Counted from the first letter of the stretch, positions 9,101-17,878 are shown. The stretch: DNA of 64,000 nt from Bacteroidota bacterium (GCA_041160955.1 JBEAVK010000445.1:3182-67181), one strand, 5' to 3'. Numbers and translations are program-made. The notes: generated by a model from the letters alone, not told the origin.

Positions 9101-11625
9101 GCATTACCACCTAGCATGCTAAGATCTGCGTTATAGGTAGCAACGATTTGGTCCACACCTGCAGGTTTTACGTCTAAAACGTATAGCGCAGCAGGAACAT
9201 TCAAATAGTCAGTATTTTCGCCAAAAGCCAAATCTTGTACCAATGCACCCGCTGTACGCTCTACGACATCTACCGCAGGAGCACCCGGTGCACCGTGGAA
9301 AGCACTAAATGATACAATTGGCGTTGCTGGAGACGCTTCCAAAGCATCATCAAAAATATATAAATCGAAAGGTGCAGTTGCGCTTCCTACAACACCCGCT
9401 GCAAAAATGGTATATTTTTTAGTGGCATCTAAGGTAACAGGGAAATTTGCAATTACATCAGCCGCCGAAGTGCTATTTCCAAGTGCTACACCAATATTAA
9501 AGTCGCGTCCTGCTGGGATATTGACAAATGGAGTAGCCTTACGGAATTCAAAATCATCGATTATCAAGGTATTACCTGCATAGACATCTACCGTTGGGCT
9601 AGGTGAATTATGTATAACCTGTACCCGTGCAGTAGGTGTTAATGGCAATTCAATTACAGTACCATCGGCCAAAACAGCCAATAAACCAAACGGCGTAGTA
9701 GTGTTGCCCAATAAACCACTGGCCAATACATAAGCCGATTGTCCAGCCAAACCAGAAATATCTGCGCGGAAGGTAGCCACTACTGATGGAGAACCTGCTG
9801 GGCGAATTGCAAAATCATAAATAGCTGGATCTAGGCTCAAATAAGGTGTAAATTCACCATAGGCCAAGTCTGAAATTACATTACCAATAAATACTTCATC
9901 TATGTCCACATTGGGCGCGTTAGGTGAACCATGCAATACTGCAATATCTACCTTTGAAGGAATACTAGCCGTTTCACTTGCCGTAGCGTTTACGTTCAAA
10001 GTAAATGGCGTTGTTGTATTACCCAAAATACCCGATGCTGTTACGATATAAGTACCATCAGCATCCAAAGTAGCGGGAAAATTGGCAATAGTATCATTTA
10101 CAGAAGTACTATTGGCCGCAGCAATACCGATATTCAATACTACGCCAGCATCTACTGTGATAAATGGTGTTGCGTCACGATACTCAAAATCATTGAGCAA
10201 TAAATCACCGTTAACATACACGTCCACCGTTGGGTTGGGTGAATTATGGATCACTTGTAACCTTGCGGTTGGACTTGGTGGCGTGCCCGCAGGTAATTCT
10301 ACGACATCTCCATTTTGTAATACAGCAAATAAGCCTAAAGATGGCGGCGTATTAGGTGTTGCAAAACCGCTTGCCATCACATAAGCAGCCTTACCTGCCA
10401 AACCACTCAAATCTGCTATGAAAGTACCTACTTTGGTACTTGTTCCAGCCAATTTCACATCCAAATAATATACACCTGGATCAACACTCAAATAACCACT
10501 GAAGGAGTTAAATGCAAGGCTGTCCACCAAATTTAGCGTCTCATTATACAAAGAAATATCTACTGCAGGAGCATCCGGAGAGCCGTGGAGAACCGCAAAA
10601 TCTACTTTTGTTGGTAGTACCGATTGCTCACGGGCATTATCGTTAATGTTCAATCCAAATGGTGCGGTAGCACTGCCTGCTACGCCTGTTGCTGTTACAA
10701 TATACGTTTTTCCATTAGTCAAATTTACATTAGAAGTGATAAAGGCAGATGCCGCCGAAGTGGAGGTATCCGCTGCTATCGCTAAATTAATATCAACACC
10801 TGCCGCCAAATAAATAAACGAAGTCGCTTTCCTAAATTCAAAATCATTGAGCAAAATGGCTCCATTGGCATACACATCCACCGTTGGACTTGGTGAATTA
10901 TGAATAACTTGTACACGCGCAATAGGTGTTGCCGATAATTCAATCACTGTTCCATCTGCCAAAGCAGCAAACAAACCAAACGGAGCACCTACGCCAGTAG
11001 TCAAAAATCCACTCGCAAATACATAAACTGCTTGACCAGCGAAACCACTTAAATCTACTTTATAAGTTTGTACAATAGTCGCACTACCTGCTGGCTTCAC
11101 ATCCAAAAAGTATTCTCCTGGATTAAGACTCAAATAAGGCGTAAAACTGCCGTAAGATAAGTTAGACACAATCTTTGATCCCGTGCGCACCACCACATCT
11201 ACCGCAGGGGCATCAGGGGCACCGTGTAGCACCGCCACATCTACTTTTGTAGGATTAGTGGCTGCTTCTCGGCCATTAGCATCCGCAATTAAATTAAATG
11301 GAGTAGTTGCATTAAATACCACACCAGATGCAGTCACAACGTACGTTTTACCCGATTCGAAGGTAACCGTATCTGTAAAAATAGCTTCAAGTGAGGATGT
11401 TGAACTGGCTGGGGCTACACCGATTGGGATCGGAATACCAGCGGGTACATCGCCAAAAGCAGACGCAGTGCGAAATGCAAAATTGTCGAGTAATAATGTC
11501 GTACCGGCATAAACATCCACCGTCGGATCCGGTGAATTGTGGATTATTTGGACACGCGCAGTCTGTGCTTGTGCCACAAAAGCAGTCATTAAAATGACCA
11601 ATAAGGTGAATAATTTGTTGAGCAT
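6157..11625 (-). CDS. giant T9SS-secreted surface protein made of 16 DUF4397 modules
   Basis: 1,822 aa. Signal peptide ...MTAFVAQAQ. It contains eight super-repeats of ~215 aa. Each super-repeat pairs a module starting RVQVIHNSPSPTVDVY with one starting VAVLHGAPDAPAVDV. The C-terminus is a type-A T9SS sorting domain (LAPNPTSDILSVKF...SGMYMLEIVS...). Confidence 0.85.
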   Translation of the reverse strand: MLNKLFTLLVILMTAFVAQAQTARVQIIHNSPDPTVDVYAGTTLLLDNFAFRTASAFGDVPAGIPIPIGVAPASSTSSLEAIFTDTVTFESGKTYVVTASGVVFNATTPFNLIADANGREAATNPTKVDVAVLHGAPDAPAVDVVVRTGSKIVSNLSYGSFTPYLSLNPGEYFLDVKPAGSATIVQTYKVDLSGFAGQAVYVFASGFLTTGVGAPFGLFAALADGTVIELSATPIARVQVIHNSPSPTVDVYANGAILLNDFEFRKATSFIYLAAGVDINLAIAADTSTSAASAFITSNVNLTNGKTYIVTATGVAGSATAPFGLNINDNAREQSVLPTKVDFAVLHGSPDAPAVDISLYNETLNLVDSLAFNSFSGYLSVDPGVYYLDVKLAGTSTKVGTFIADLSGLAGKAAYVMASGFATPNTPPSLGLFAVLQNGDVVELPAGTPPSPTARLQVIHNSPNPTVDVYVNGDLLLNDFEYRDATPFITVDAGVVLNIGIAAANSTSVNDTIANFPATLDADGTYIVTASGILGNTTTPFTLNVNATASETASIPSKVDIAVLHGSPNAPNVDIDEVFIGNVISDLAYGEFTPYLSLDPAIYDFAIRPAGSPSVVATFRADISGLAGQSAYVLASGLLGNTTTPFGLLAVLADGTVIELPLTPTARVQVIHNSPSPTVDVYAGNTLIIDDFEFRKATPFVNIPAGRDFNIGVALGNSTSAADVIANFPVTLDATKKYTIFAAGVVGSATAPFDLYIFDDALEASPATPIVSFSAFHGAPGAPAVDVVERTAGALVQDLAFGENTDYLNVPAALYVLDVKPAGVDQIVATYNADLSMLGGNAIRVFASGILGGTPAFGLYAALVDGTVVQLPLGTPPVAETARLQVIHNSPNPTVDVYINGALQLNDFTYRSATPFITVDAGVVLNIGIAAANSTSVNDTIANFPAILDANGTYIVTASGVLGNTTTPFTLNVNATARETASTPSKVDIAVLHGSPNAPNVDVDEVFTGNVISDLAYGAFTPYLSLDPAIYDFAIRPAGNPAVVATFRANLSGLAGQSAYVLASGLVGSLTNPFGLLAVLADGTVLTLPITPTTRVQVIHNSPSPTVDVYAGNTRLLNDFAFRTATPFVDVPAGRPFSLGIALGTSGSVADTIVSYAVNLDAAKSYTIIAAGIVGNAANPFNLYVYDDALEAAPVGTVSFSAFHGAPGAPAVDIVERLGGPIVENLAFGENTPYLNVPPITYVLDVKAAGTDPIVATYIANLSALSGEAIRIFASGILGGTPAFGLYAALADGTVVPLPSQGLARVQVIHNSPEPVVDVYLDGEILIEDFEFRQATPFVYLPAGAEINLGIAAGNSQSATDTLVNFPVTLENGKSYIVAASGIVGNATTPFTLIVNAQGRETAADQTKLELAILHGATDAPPVDLVPVGSTTPLLTDLAYGDFTNYVALDAGEIIFDVQASANPSILAGTYGADFAGLEGFSGVVFASGLLNGQPGFSLFLATPDGFVIEIPSYSRVQVIHNSPSPTVDVYLDTTNIINDFSFRDATGFGLLPSETAFELGVAPENSTNADEAIYTLAVPGLRTGKTYVIVAAGVVGNAATPFKLYVNESGRFRANDPATVDIALFHGAPDAPEVDITLPNGTPVFDNVQFGEFMPYISVPPAQYILSVTPANDNSNIIASYVANIAPIAGEAITVFASGYLAPAAGAPGFAPWVALADGTTFPLPLFVNTNELDDKLSQLQLAPNPTSDILSVKFNLSASEDLRYRVQDMTGRLVMEGDWGTVSSGTYFEQLEVSSLSSGMYMLEIVSDAGQQVVRFAVQR
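7717..10269 (-). repeat. in-frame tandem duplication (units 8986-10269 and 7717-8985) inside the giant gene
   Basis: Both units start TARLQVIHNSPNPTVDVY (codons at 10269 and 8985). They are 428 and 423 aa long and are collinear throughout. The plus-strand shadow ORFs 8786-9019 and 10082-10384 share ...AIVSFTEVLLAAAIPIFNTTPASTVINGVA..., which reflects the nucleotide-level similarity. Confidence 0.85.
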
Positions 11626-11720
11626 AGTGTTCTAAAAAATATGGTTATGTTGATTTTTGAAACTGAATGAATAACTTGGTTTGTTTGATCTTGTTCAGTT
11701 GTTTGTAATAAATAGTTCAA

Positions 11721-11728
11721 CAAAAATA
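11721..11728 (-). promoter_or_regulatory. candidate Bacteroidota -7 promoter box for the giant gene
   Basis: CAAAAATA on the + strand equals TATTTTTG on the - strand and matches TAnnTTTG. It is about 95 nt upstream of ATG 11625 and downstream of the gldN-paralogue terminator. Confidence 0.4.
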
Positions 11729-11765
11729 GAATTTGACTAAAACTGGCACTTGACAGGGGAAACAA

Positions 11766-11815
11766 ATAAAAAAAAAATGGGTAAAAAAAAGAGTTACCTC
11801 TTTCTTTTACCCATT
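11766..11815 (-). terminator. rho-independent terminator of the gldN paralogue
   Basis: 18-bp stem with 1 mismatch: aatgggtaaaaaaaagag (11776-11793) / ctctttcttttacccatt (11798-11815), loop ttac. The hairpin is followed on the - strand by a run of about 9 T (A-run 11767-11775 on the + strand). Confidence 0.75.
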
Positions 11816-11846
11816 CAAATTGGCGTGTCGCGCACCTATTTACCGA

Positions 11847-12722
11847 TTACCAACTCCAAAGATCATGTTCCCTGTTGAACAATTCATCTTCAATCTTTTG
11901 ACCCTCCATCAACAGATCCGTTCCTGCAAGATAATCCTGCAAACGGCGGTCATAAACATTGCTTTCTTTAGAGATGTAGGACGCAAAATGACGCGTTTCA
12001 AATAAATCTTCCCAAGTAATAGTGGCCGCCACGTTATCTGTAGCAATGGCTTTATGTTGTGCCAATACCTTTCGTGATGTAGGGTAATTGACCCAAAATA
12101 GTGGCCGCTCAAACATAAAATCGCCATTATCATTCTTCACATCAATCATGGGTGCTATCCCGAGGATACGGTGGCGCAATGTTCCAAGATTTTTATCAAA
12201 AAACCATGCCTCTTTGATTCGGAAGCGTCTTACGTCTTCCCAATTGAGTTCACTCTGAACAACTTGAACCTCCTCTTCTCCGGTGTCTATATTGATTATT
12301 CTGACTGTATCTACATCAAACAAAACATTCTTGATATCGTTTTTATCCAAACGTTTTGTAAACTTATCGTCTTCTGTGCTGTAAGCACTCAATTCGCCCG
12401 TCAGTACGGCATCGCGGAGCAGGTTAAATAGCGGTGACTCTGGTGCTACAAAAGGTAAGTTCATCTTTTCGCGGGTGTCGATCACACGCCAAATGCGTTT
12501 CTCCCATAAAATATCCGCTTCACGGATGGGCGCGTATTGCAGTACCGTCTTTTCTGCAATCACTTGACGCGTAACAAAATCATCTACCGGTTCAGCAATT
12601 TCGGTAGTTTCAATTTCTGTGGCTTCCACTACGGGTTGCGCCATCAAATTGGTGTTGCTGAAGGTGGCCATTGCTACAAAAGAGAGCAGGCATACACCTT
12701 GCATTAAAGCTGTTTTTTTCAT
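11847..12722 (-). CDS. gldN: GldN-family protein, second paralogue (GldO-like)
   Basis: 291 aa with a signal peptide. Collinear with the operon-encoded GldN at 18306-19187. Shared blocks include REKMNLPF, YSTEDDKFTKRL, NWEDV(R/K)RFRIKE(A/I)WFFDK, FERPLFWV, RHFASYI.KESNVYDR and EHDLW. Confidence 0.8.
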   Translation of the reverse strand: MKKTALMQGVCLLSFVAMATFSNTNLMAQPVVEATEIETTEIAEPVDDFVTRQVIAEKTVLQYAPIREADILWEKRIWRVIDTREKMNLPFVAPESPLFNLLRDAVLTGELSAYSTEDDKFTKRLDKNDIKNVLFDVDTVRIINIDTGEEEVQVVQSELNWEDVRRFRIKEAWFFDKNLGTLRHRILGIAPMIDVKNDNGDFMFERPLFWVNYPTSRKVLAQHKAIATDNVAATITWEDLFETRHFASYISKESNVYDRRLQDYLAGTDLLMEGQKIEDELFNREHDLWSW

Positions 12723-12965
12723 AAAATACCGTGTTTAGTAATTTTTAGAGCGATATAGCCCTGATTGATTAAAAAAGAATACCAGTTGCAAGGGAGGAAC
12801 ACTCCTGCAAGTCTAATTATTCCAATACAAAAAAAGTGTAAAAGGTGTGTGATGCGCGATCAACCATTACAGAACGGCAGTCGATTTTAAATTGTTGTTC
12901 TTAGGAAAAATTTAACATTTGGAAGTACTTGAACATTTGGGCGCAATTGATTGATTACGGTTAAA

Positions 12966-15008
12966 CTATTGCTTCGGCAGCCGAATAAACGGTAAATTAG
13001 AAAATATTTTGGCGCGTCGCAAATAATGAGCAAATACAATGCTGGCATGATAAATACCCGTTTTATCCGCTTTTTTATTAGGTAATGCCCAATGTTGCAC
13101 CGTTTCGGCCACTTGTTTCCTTTTTTTCAACATGCCCATAAAGCCGCGATAAAAAGACAAATGCGCTTGCAATAATGCTTTAATGGCTGCAAAATTACCT
13201 TTTGATAAATACATCGCTGCTGCAACACCATCTAAAATTAATCGGGCAGGAATCAGCCATAATAACTTAGTCGCACTTTCATTTTTGAGTAGCGTAAACA
13301 AACTATTCCTAAAATTGAGGAATACTTTACGCGGACTATCATAACCCAATGTGCCACCACCAAGGTGATACACTACGCTCTGCGGGAAACACCAAACCGA
13401 ATACCCGGCCCGTTTTACCCGCCAACACAAATCAATTTCTTCATTATGGGCAAAATAATCGCCATCAAAACCACCAAAATTTTGGTACAATTCTGCTCGA
13501 ATAAAAAAAGCAGCACCCGCAGCCCAAAAACAAGGTTGTGCGTCATCGTATTGCCCTGTATCCTCTTCCACATAAGTAAACATACGTCCCCTACAAAAAG
13601 GATACCCTAAATAATCTACCCATCCGCCACTCGCACCTGCGTGTTCAAAAAAATTGCGTTTTTGATCTGCCAATATCTTTGGTTGCGCCACGCCAATCGT
13701 GGGATCTTGGCGCATGGCATCCAATATCGGGCGTGTCCAACCGGGGGTTACTTCCACATCCGAGTTGAGGATGATATAAAAATTTGCTTTTACCTGCTCT
13801 AACGCCTTATTATATCCTTCAGCAAAGCCCCAATTGCGTTTTAAATCAATGATCTCAATGCTAGGGTAGTGGACACTGACAAACGCCATTGAACTATCGG
13901 GTGAACCATTATCGGCCAATATAATGCGTGCATTACCACTATGCGCTACTACAGAAGGTAAATAATGCGCCAAATGTGCTTGAGTATTGTAATTCAGGAT
14001 CACAATCGCTACATCACTATCGTCGGGTAATGTTTTGGTATTTGGGTTAGCAATAGCAGTTGCAGTGGACTCAATACCCAATTTTTGCTCAATAGCACGT
14101 TGATCTGCGGCAATTTGTGCTTTCAAAGCATCCAATCCATCCAGTTTTTTATCACCCCTAATAAACCCAATCACTTCTACCTGTAACTGTTGACCATAGA
14201 GATCACCGTCAAAATCTAGCAAATTTACTTCTATCCTAAGTTCGCTTGCTCCTTCAATAGTAGGGCGTTCGCCAATATACAACATCGAAGGTATGCGCTT
14301 ATCGTGGCCTCCTATGAGCGAATAAGCAGCGTAAATCCCAATGGGTGGAATGAGTTTATATGAATCTGTGATTTTAATATTGGCGGTAGGAAACCCAATC
14401 GTCCGCCCAATTTGGTTGCCATACACTACTTCACCGCTCAATGTAAAGGGATGACTTAATAAACGATTGGCCACTTCCACATTGGTTTGTTGCAGTGCTT
14501 TCCGAATTTTAGAAGAAGAAACAGTAATATCATCTATTTCTTGCGCGGGAATTTCTTCTAGTTGGAAAATACCTTGCTCAGCGTATTGGGCCAAAAAGGT
14601 AAGGTCGCCCTGACGGTCATTACCAAATTTATGGTCGTAACCAATAACAATAGTATGTGGGTTAAATTTGGCAATTAAAAAATCTTCTACATAAGATTGA
14701 GCCGACAGTGCAGCAAAATCGGTCGTAAATGGTACCACTACTACATGGTCAATACCCGTTTGTTGTAATAAATCAATTTTTTCCTGAGTGGTAGTAAGCA
14801 AATGGAAATCACTAGATAACCGCCCAATTACAGTCCGTGGATGCGGATCAAAGGTGATGATCACGCTTTCCCCATTTATTTGCGACGCCATATTGCGCAC
14901 CTGCTCCAATATCCGGCGGTGCCCCGAGTGCACACCATCAAACGAGCCAATCGTGAGGACTGCTCGTTGAAAACTAGGTAATTCTGAAATATTGTAATGC
15001 ACCCTCAT
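12966..15008 (-). CDS. ribF: fusion protein: bifunctional riboflavin kinase/FAD synthetase (RibF) N-terminal plus family-2 glycosyltransferase C-terminal
   Basis: Single 680-aa ORF. Residues 1-~310 are a complete RibF (TIGSFDGVHSGHRRIL; kinase part GRTIGFPTANI...LLDFDGDLYG). A linker GIESTATAIANPNTKTLPDDS follows. The GT2 part then starts: VAIVILNYNT...ADNGSPDSS...NWGFAEGYNKAL...ILNSDVEV, with a hydrophobic tail. Confidence 0.85.
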   Translation of the reverse strand: MRVHYNISELPSFQRAVLTIGSFDGVHSGHRRILEQVRNMASQINGESVIITFDPHPRTVIGRLSSDFHLLTTTQEKIDLLQQTGIDHVVVVPFTTDFAALSAQSYVEDFLIAKFNPHTIVIGYDHKFGNDRQGDLTFLAQYAEQGIFQLEEIPAQEIDDITVSSSKIRKALQQTNVEVANRLLSHPFTLSGEVVYGNQIGRTIGFPTANIKITDSYKLIPPIGIYAAYSLIGGHDKRIPSMLYIGERPTIEGASELRIEVNLLDFDGDLYGQQLQVEVIGFIRGDKKLDGLDALKAQIAADQRAIEQKLGIESTATAIANPNTKTLPDDSDVAIVILNYNTQAHLAHYLPSVVAHSGNARIILADNGSPDSSMAFVSVHYPSIEIIDLKRNWGFAEGYNKALEQVKANFYIILNSDVEVTPGWTRPILDAMRQDPTIGVAQPKILADQKRNFFEHAGASGGWVDYLGYPFCRGRMFTYVEEDTGQYDDAQPCFWAAGAAFFIRAELYQNFGGFDGDYFAHNEEIDLCWRVKRAGYSVWCFPQSVVYHLGGGTLGYDSPRKVFLNFRNSLFTLLKNESATKLLWLIPARLILDGVAAAMYLSKGNFAAIKALLQAHLSFYRGFMGMLKKRKQVAETVQHWALPNKKADKTGIYHASIVFAHYLRRAKIFSNLPFIRLPKQ

Positions 15009-15016
15009 CTACGCCG

Positions 15017-15024
15017 CAAAAGTA
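15017..15024 (-). promoter_or_regulatory. candidate -7 promoter box immediately upstream of ribF-GT2
   Basis: CAAAAGTA on the + strand equals TACTTTTG on the - strand (TAnnTTTG). Only 8 nt separate it from ATG 15008. Confidence 0.35.
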
Positions 15025-15093
15025 GGTTAATTGTTGCTTAATATTCCTTTTTTTCTCTTTTCTGTTGAATACTTTTCTTTTTCAAAACAATCT

Positions 15094-15933
15094 ATGCAAC
15101 TTTGCCCCATGCCAATATGGGGTCATTTACTTTATTTAGGTGCCATTGTTTACGCTGGCCTTTGTTTACTGTTCTATTTGGGACAAGATTTTTTCTTTTT
15201 TCGACCGGAACGGCTACCCAAATGGTTCGTTTATCAATACCCGTTTCCTTTTTCGGAAGTTAATTTTGAGATGGAGGATGGCGGTACCGTCAATGGTTTA
15301 CACTTTAAAGTGCCCAATTGTAAAGGTGTCGTTTTTTATATCAAAGGGAATTCACGGAGCATCAAGGGGTGGGGTAAGTTTGCAAAGGATTTTGTAGGAA
15401 AAGGCTACGATTTTTTTATCTTGGATTACCGTGGGTTTGGAAAAAGTGCTGGCAAGCGCACCGAAACAATCCTTTACAATGATTTACAGCAAGTATATAG
15501 GTGGCTGGAAACGGCTTATGCAGATAAACCAATTGTACTTTACGGTAGGTCATTAGGCAGTGGTATTGCGGCCCGTATCGCATCTTGGAATGATCCCACT
15601 TTGCTTATTTTAGATTGCCCTTATTATTCTTTCCTGTACCATATCAATCGTTATGGTTTTTGGTTGCCGCTGCGCTGGATATTGCGTTACCATATCCGTA
15701 CAGATTTGTTCATAAAAAAAGTAACCTGTCCCGTGCACATTCTTCATGGCAGTCGAGACAGGTTAATTCCGTATAATCAAAGTATAAAATTAAAGGAGAT
15801 TAGACCCAATAATATTCATCTTCATCCTATTGTTGGTGCAGGGCACAATAATCTGCCCGATTTTCCCGAATACCACGATATTTTATATGATATTTTGCAC
15901 AGCGAAACAACAACTGTTGCCGTGAGGGCATAA
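15094..15933 (+). CDS. alpha/beta hydrolase
   Basis: Nucleophile elbow GRSLGSG, an N-terminal TM helix, and a late HG..D...P and GAGHNN region. The track ORF begins at a TTG (15031). The first in-frame ATG is 15094, so the start is uncertain. Confidence 0.7.
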   Translation: MQLCPMPIWGHLLYLGAIVYAGLCLLFYLGQDFFFFRPERLPKWFVYQYPFPFSEVNFEMEDGGTVNGLHFKVPNCKGVVFYIKGNSRSIKGWGKFAKDFVGKGYDFFILDYRGFGKSAGKRTETILYNDLQQVYRWLETAYADKPIVLYGRSLGSGIAARIASWNDPTLLILDCPYYSFLYHINRYGFWLPLRWILRYHIRTDLFIKKVTCPVHILHGSRDRLIPYNQSIKLKEIRPNNIHLHPIVGAGHNNLPDFPEYHDILYDILHSETTTVAVRA

Positions 15934-15960
15934 CAAGAAGCAGTAGCAGTAGGGGAGTGC

Positions 15961-16692
15961 TTACAACCTGTTTTTCTCAATCATTTCCAACAATTCATCG
16001 CGATAGTTCTTACCGATGGGCAAAGATTTAGGTTTATCTTTCTCCATTACTTCAACAAGACTGCCATCAATCGCCAAAATTTTGTCCATACCCACGATAA
16101 AGGATCGGTGAATACGGCGGAATTTATTAGAGGGTAACCGATCTTCCAAACTTTTCATGGTTTGGAGCGTAATTACCCTTGTATTGAGCAATCGAATGAT
16201 AACATAATCCTTTAAGCCTTCGATATAGATAATGTCGTCAAAATTAACTTTTACGAGTTTTTTATCTGCTTTTACAAAGAAAAAATCCGAACTATCTTCT
16301 GCCGCTCCTGCGCTACTTGTGGTATCGCGGTTCATGGCTTCATGGTGTTCTACGGCACGGTTTACGGCACGCATAAATCGCTCCAAAGAGATAGGTTTGA
16401 GTAGATAATCCAGCGCATTGAGATCAAAACCCTGAATAGCGTAGTTAGGATATGCAGTTGTAAAGACCACCATCGGTGGATCGGTGAGTGTTTTTACAAA
16501 ATCAATGCCCGTCAATTGTGGCATTTGAATATCAATGAACATCAAATCAATATCTAATGACTTGAGTGCTTCATTGGCCTCTAAAGCATTGGTACAACGG
16601 CGCACCAATTTCAATTCGGGCATTTGGCCAATAAAAGTTTCTAAAACATCAAGTGCAAGCGGTTCATCGTCAACAATTAAAACATTCAACAT
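15961..16692 (-). CDS. LytTR-family two-component response regulator
   Basis: Receiver domain MLNVLIVDDEPLALDVL...DLMFIDIQMP plus a C-terminal LytTR DNA-binding region (...IIYIEGLKDYVII...RIHRSFIV). Confidence 0.9.
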   Translation of the reverse strand: MLNVLIVDDEPLALDVLETFIGQMPELKLVRRCTNALEANEALKSLDIDLMFIDIQMPQLTGIDFVKTLTDPPMVVFTTAYPNYAIQGFDLNALDYLLKPISLERFMRAVNRAVEHHEAMNRDTTSSAGAAEDSSDFFFVKADKKLVKVNFDDIIYIEGLKDYVIIRLLNTRVITLQTMKSLEDRLPSNKFRRIHRSFIVGMDKILAIDGSLVEVMEKDKPKSLPIGKNYRDELLEMIEKNRL

Positions 16693-16828
16693 AGTATTTA
16701 ATGATAGCAGTAATACAAAATGAATAAAAATAAAGAGAAATGGGGAGCAATATCGGGAAAATAAATGAAATGAGGGTACTTTTTTGACGATAATGTCTAT
16801 TTGAATAGCGATAAGTATTTGGACATCA

Positions 16829-17878
16829 TTATAAACTTAAATTTAGCGTTACTGTATAGCGGCCCGGTTCGTCTTTTATGGTCAAACTATAGGCATCGGG
16901 GTACAACATTTGTAACCGCTGCTTAACATTAACCAAACCAATACCGCCACTTCTATGATGCGACATTTGGGGTAAATGTTCTGTCTTTGAGTTTTCAATG
17001 ATAAACTCCAAATCATTATCCGAGACGTGTAAACTAATATGCACAAATCCACCGCCATTGATCTGATGGTTCAAGCCATGTTTAAAACTATTTTCCACAA
17101 ACGGTACAAATAATAGGGGCGCTACCAATTGCTCGCTCACGCGTCCTTTGGAAACAAAAGTAATATCGGCATCTTTCGGTTGGCGTAGTCGTTCCAAATC
17201 GAGGTAATTGTTCATGTACAGTATTTCCTTGCTCAAGAACACCTGCTTTTCGTTACATTCGTACAGCATATACCGCATGATTTCGGATAGTTTGAGTACG
17301 ATTTCTGGGGCTTGGTCGCTTTTTTTCAACGTCAAAGCATACAAATTATTCAAGGTATTGAACAAGAAATGGGGATTGATTTGGCTTTTCAGAAAACGCA
17401 ATTCACTTTGCATGGTGCGTGTGAGTAGATCTTGTTTCTCTTGTTGGTAACGCCACCAATCCATAATGACCCTCAAAACCGTTGAAAGCAGAGCCATCGT
17501 AATATTCCCCAGCAGTAAATTACTTTGTTGATCGAGCAATGCTTTTTGAAAGTCAAATTGGCCATAAAATTTCAAATAGAGTGCCAATACCTGTATAGGC
17601 GTAACCACAGCGCACATAACAACCATCATCACCAAATAAGTAGGGACACTACGCGCCATCAATCGTGGGATCAGGTACAACAAATTACCGTAAACGATCA
17701 CCATATAAAACACTAAAGTAATCAATTCATTGGTAATGGCGAGTAAAAAATCTCCATTTTGCCGATAATCCAATGCGACCAGACTCGTATAGACGATCAG
17801 CCAGAACAGCGTATGGTACACTATTCTTCGAGATAGAAACTCGTAGATACGATCTAATACTGTGCGTGTAACTTGCAT
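16829..17878 (-). CDS. LytS/YpdA-type sensor histidine kinase
   Basis: Multi-TM N-terminus, then the His_kinase signature LKSQINPHFLFNTLNNLYAL and a C-terminal ATPase region (GGIGLVNVKQRL). Confidence 0.85.
   Translation of the reverse strand: MQVTRTVLDRIYEFLSRRIVYHTLFWLIVYTSLVALDYRQNGDFLLAITNELITLVFYMVIVYGNLLYLIPRLMARSVPTYLVMMVVMCAVVTPIQVLALYLKFYGQFDFQKALLDQQSNLLLGNITMALLSTVLRVIMDWWRYQQEKQDLLTRTMQSELRFLKSQINPHFLFNTLNNLYALTLKKSDQAPEIVLKLSEIMRYMLYECNEKQVFLSKEILYMNNYLDLERLRQPKDADITFVSKGRVSEQLVAPLLFVPFVENSFKHGLNHQINGGGFVHISLHVSDNDLEFIIENSKTEHLPQMSHHRSGGIGLVNVKQRLQMLYPDAYSLTIKDEPGRYTVTLNLSL

Noticed and set aside
8786-10384. Near-identical plus-strand ORFs 8786-9019 and 10082-10384 (also 11183-11512), which might look like a repeated small-gene family.
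   Set aside because: They are antisense shadows of the duplicated modules of the giant minus-strand gene. Their similarity merely reflects the tandem duplication.
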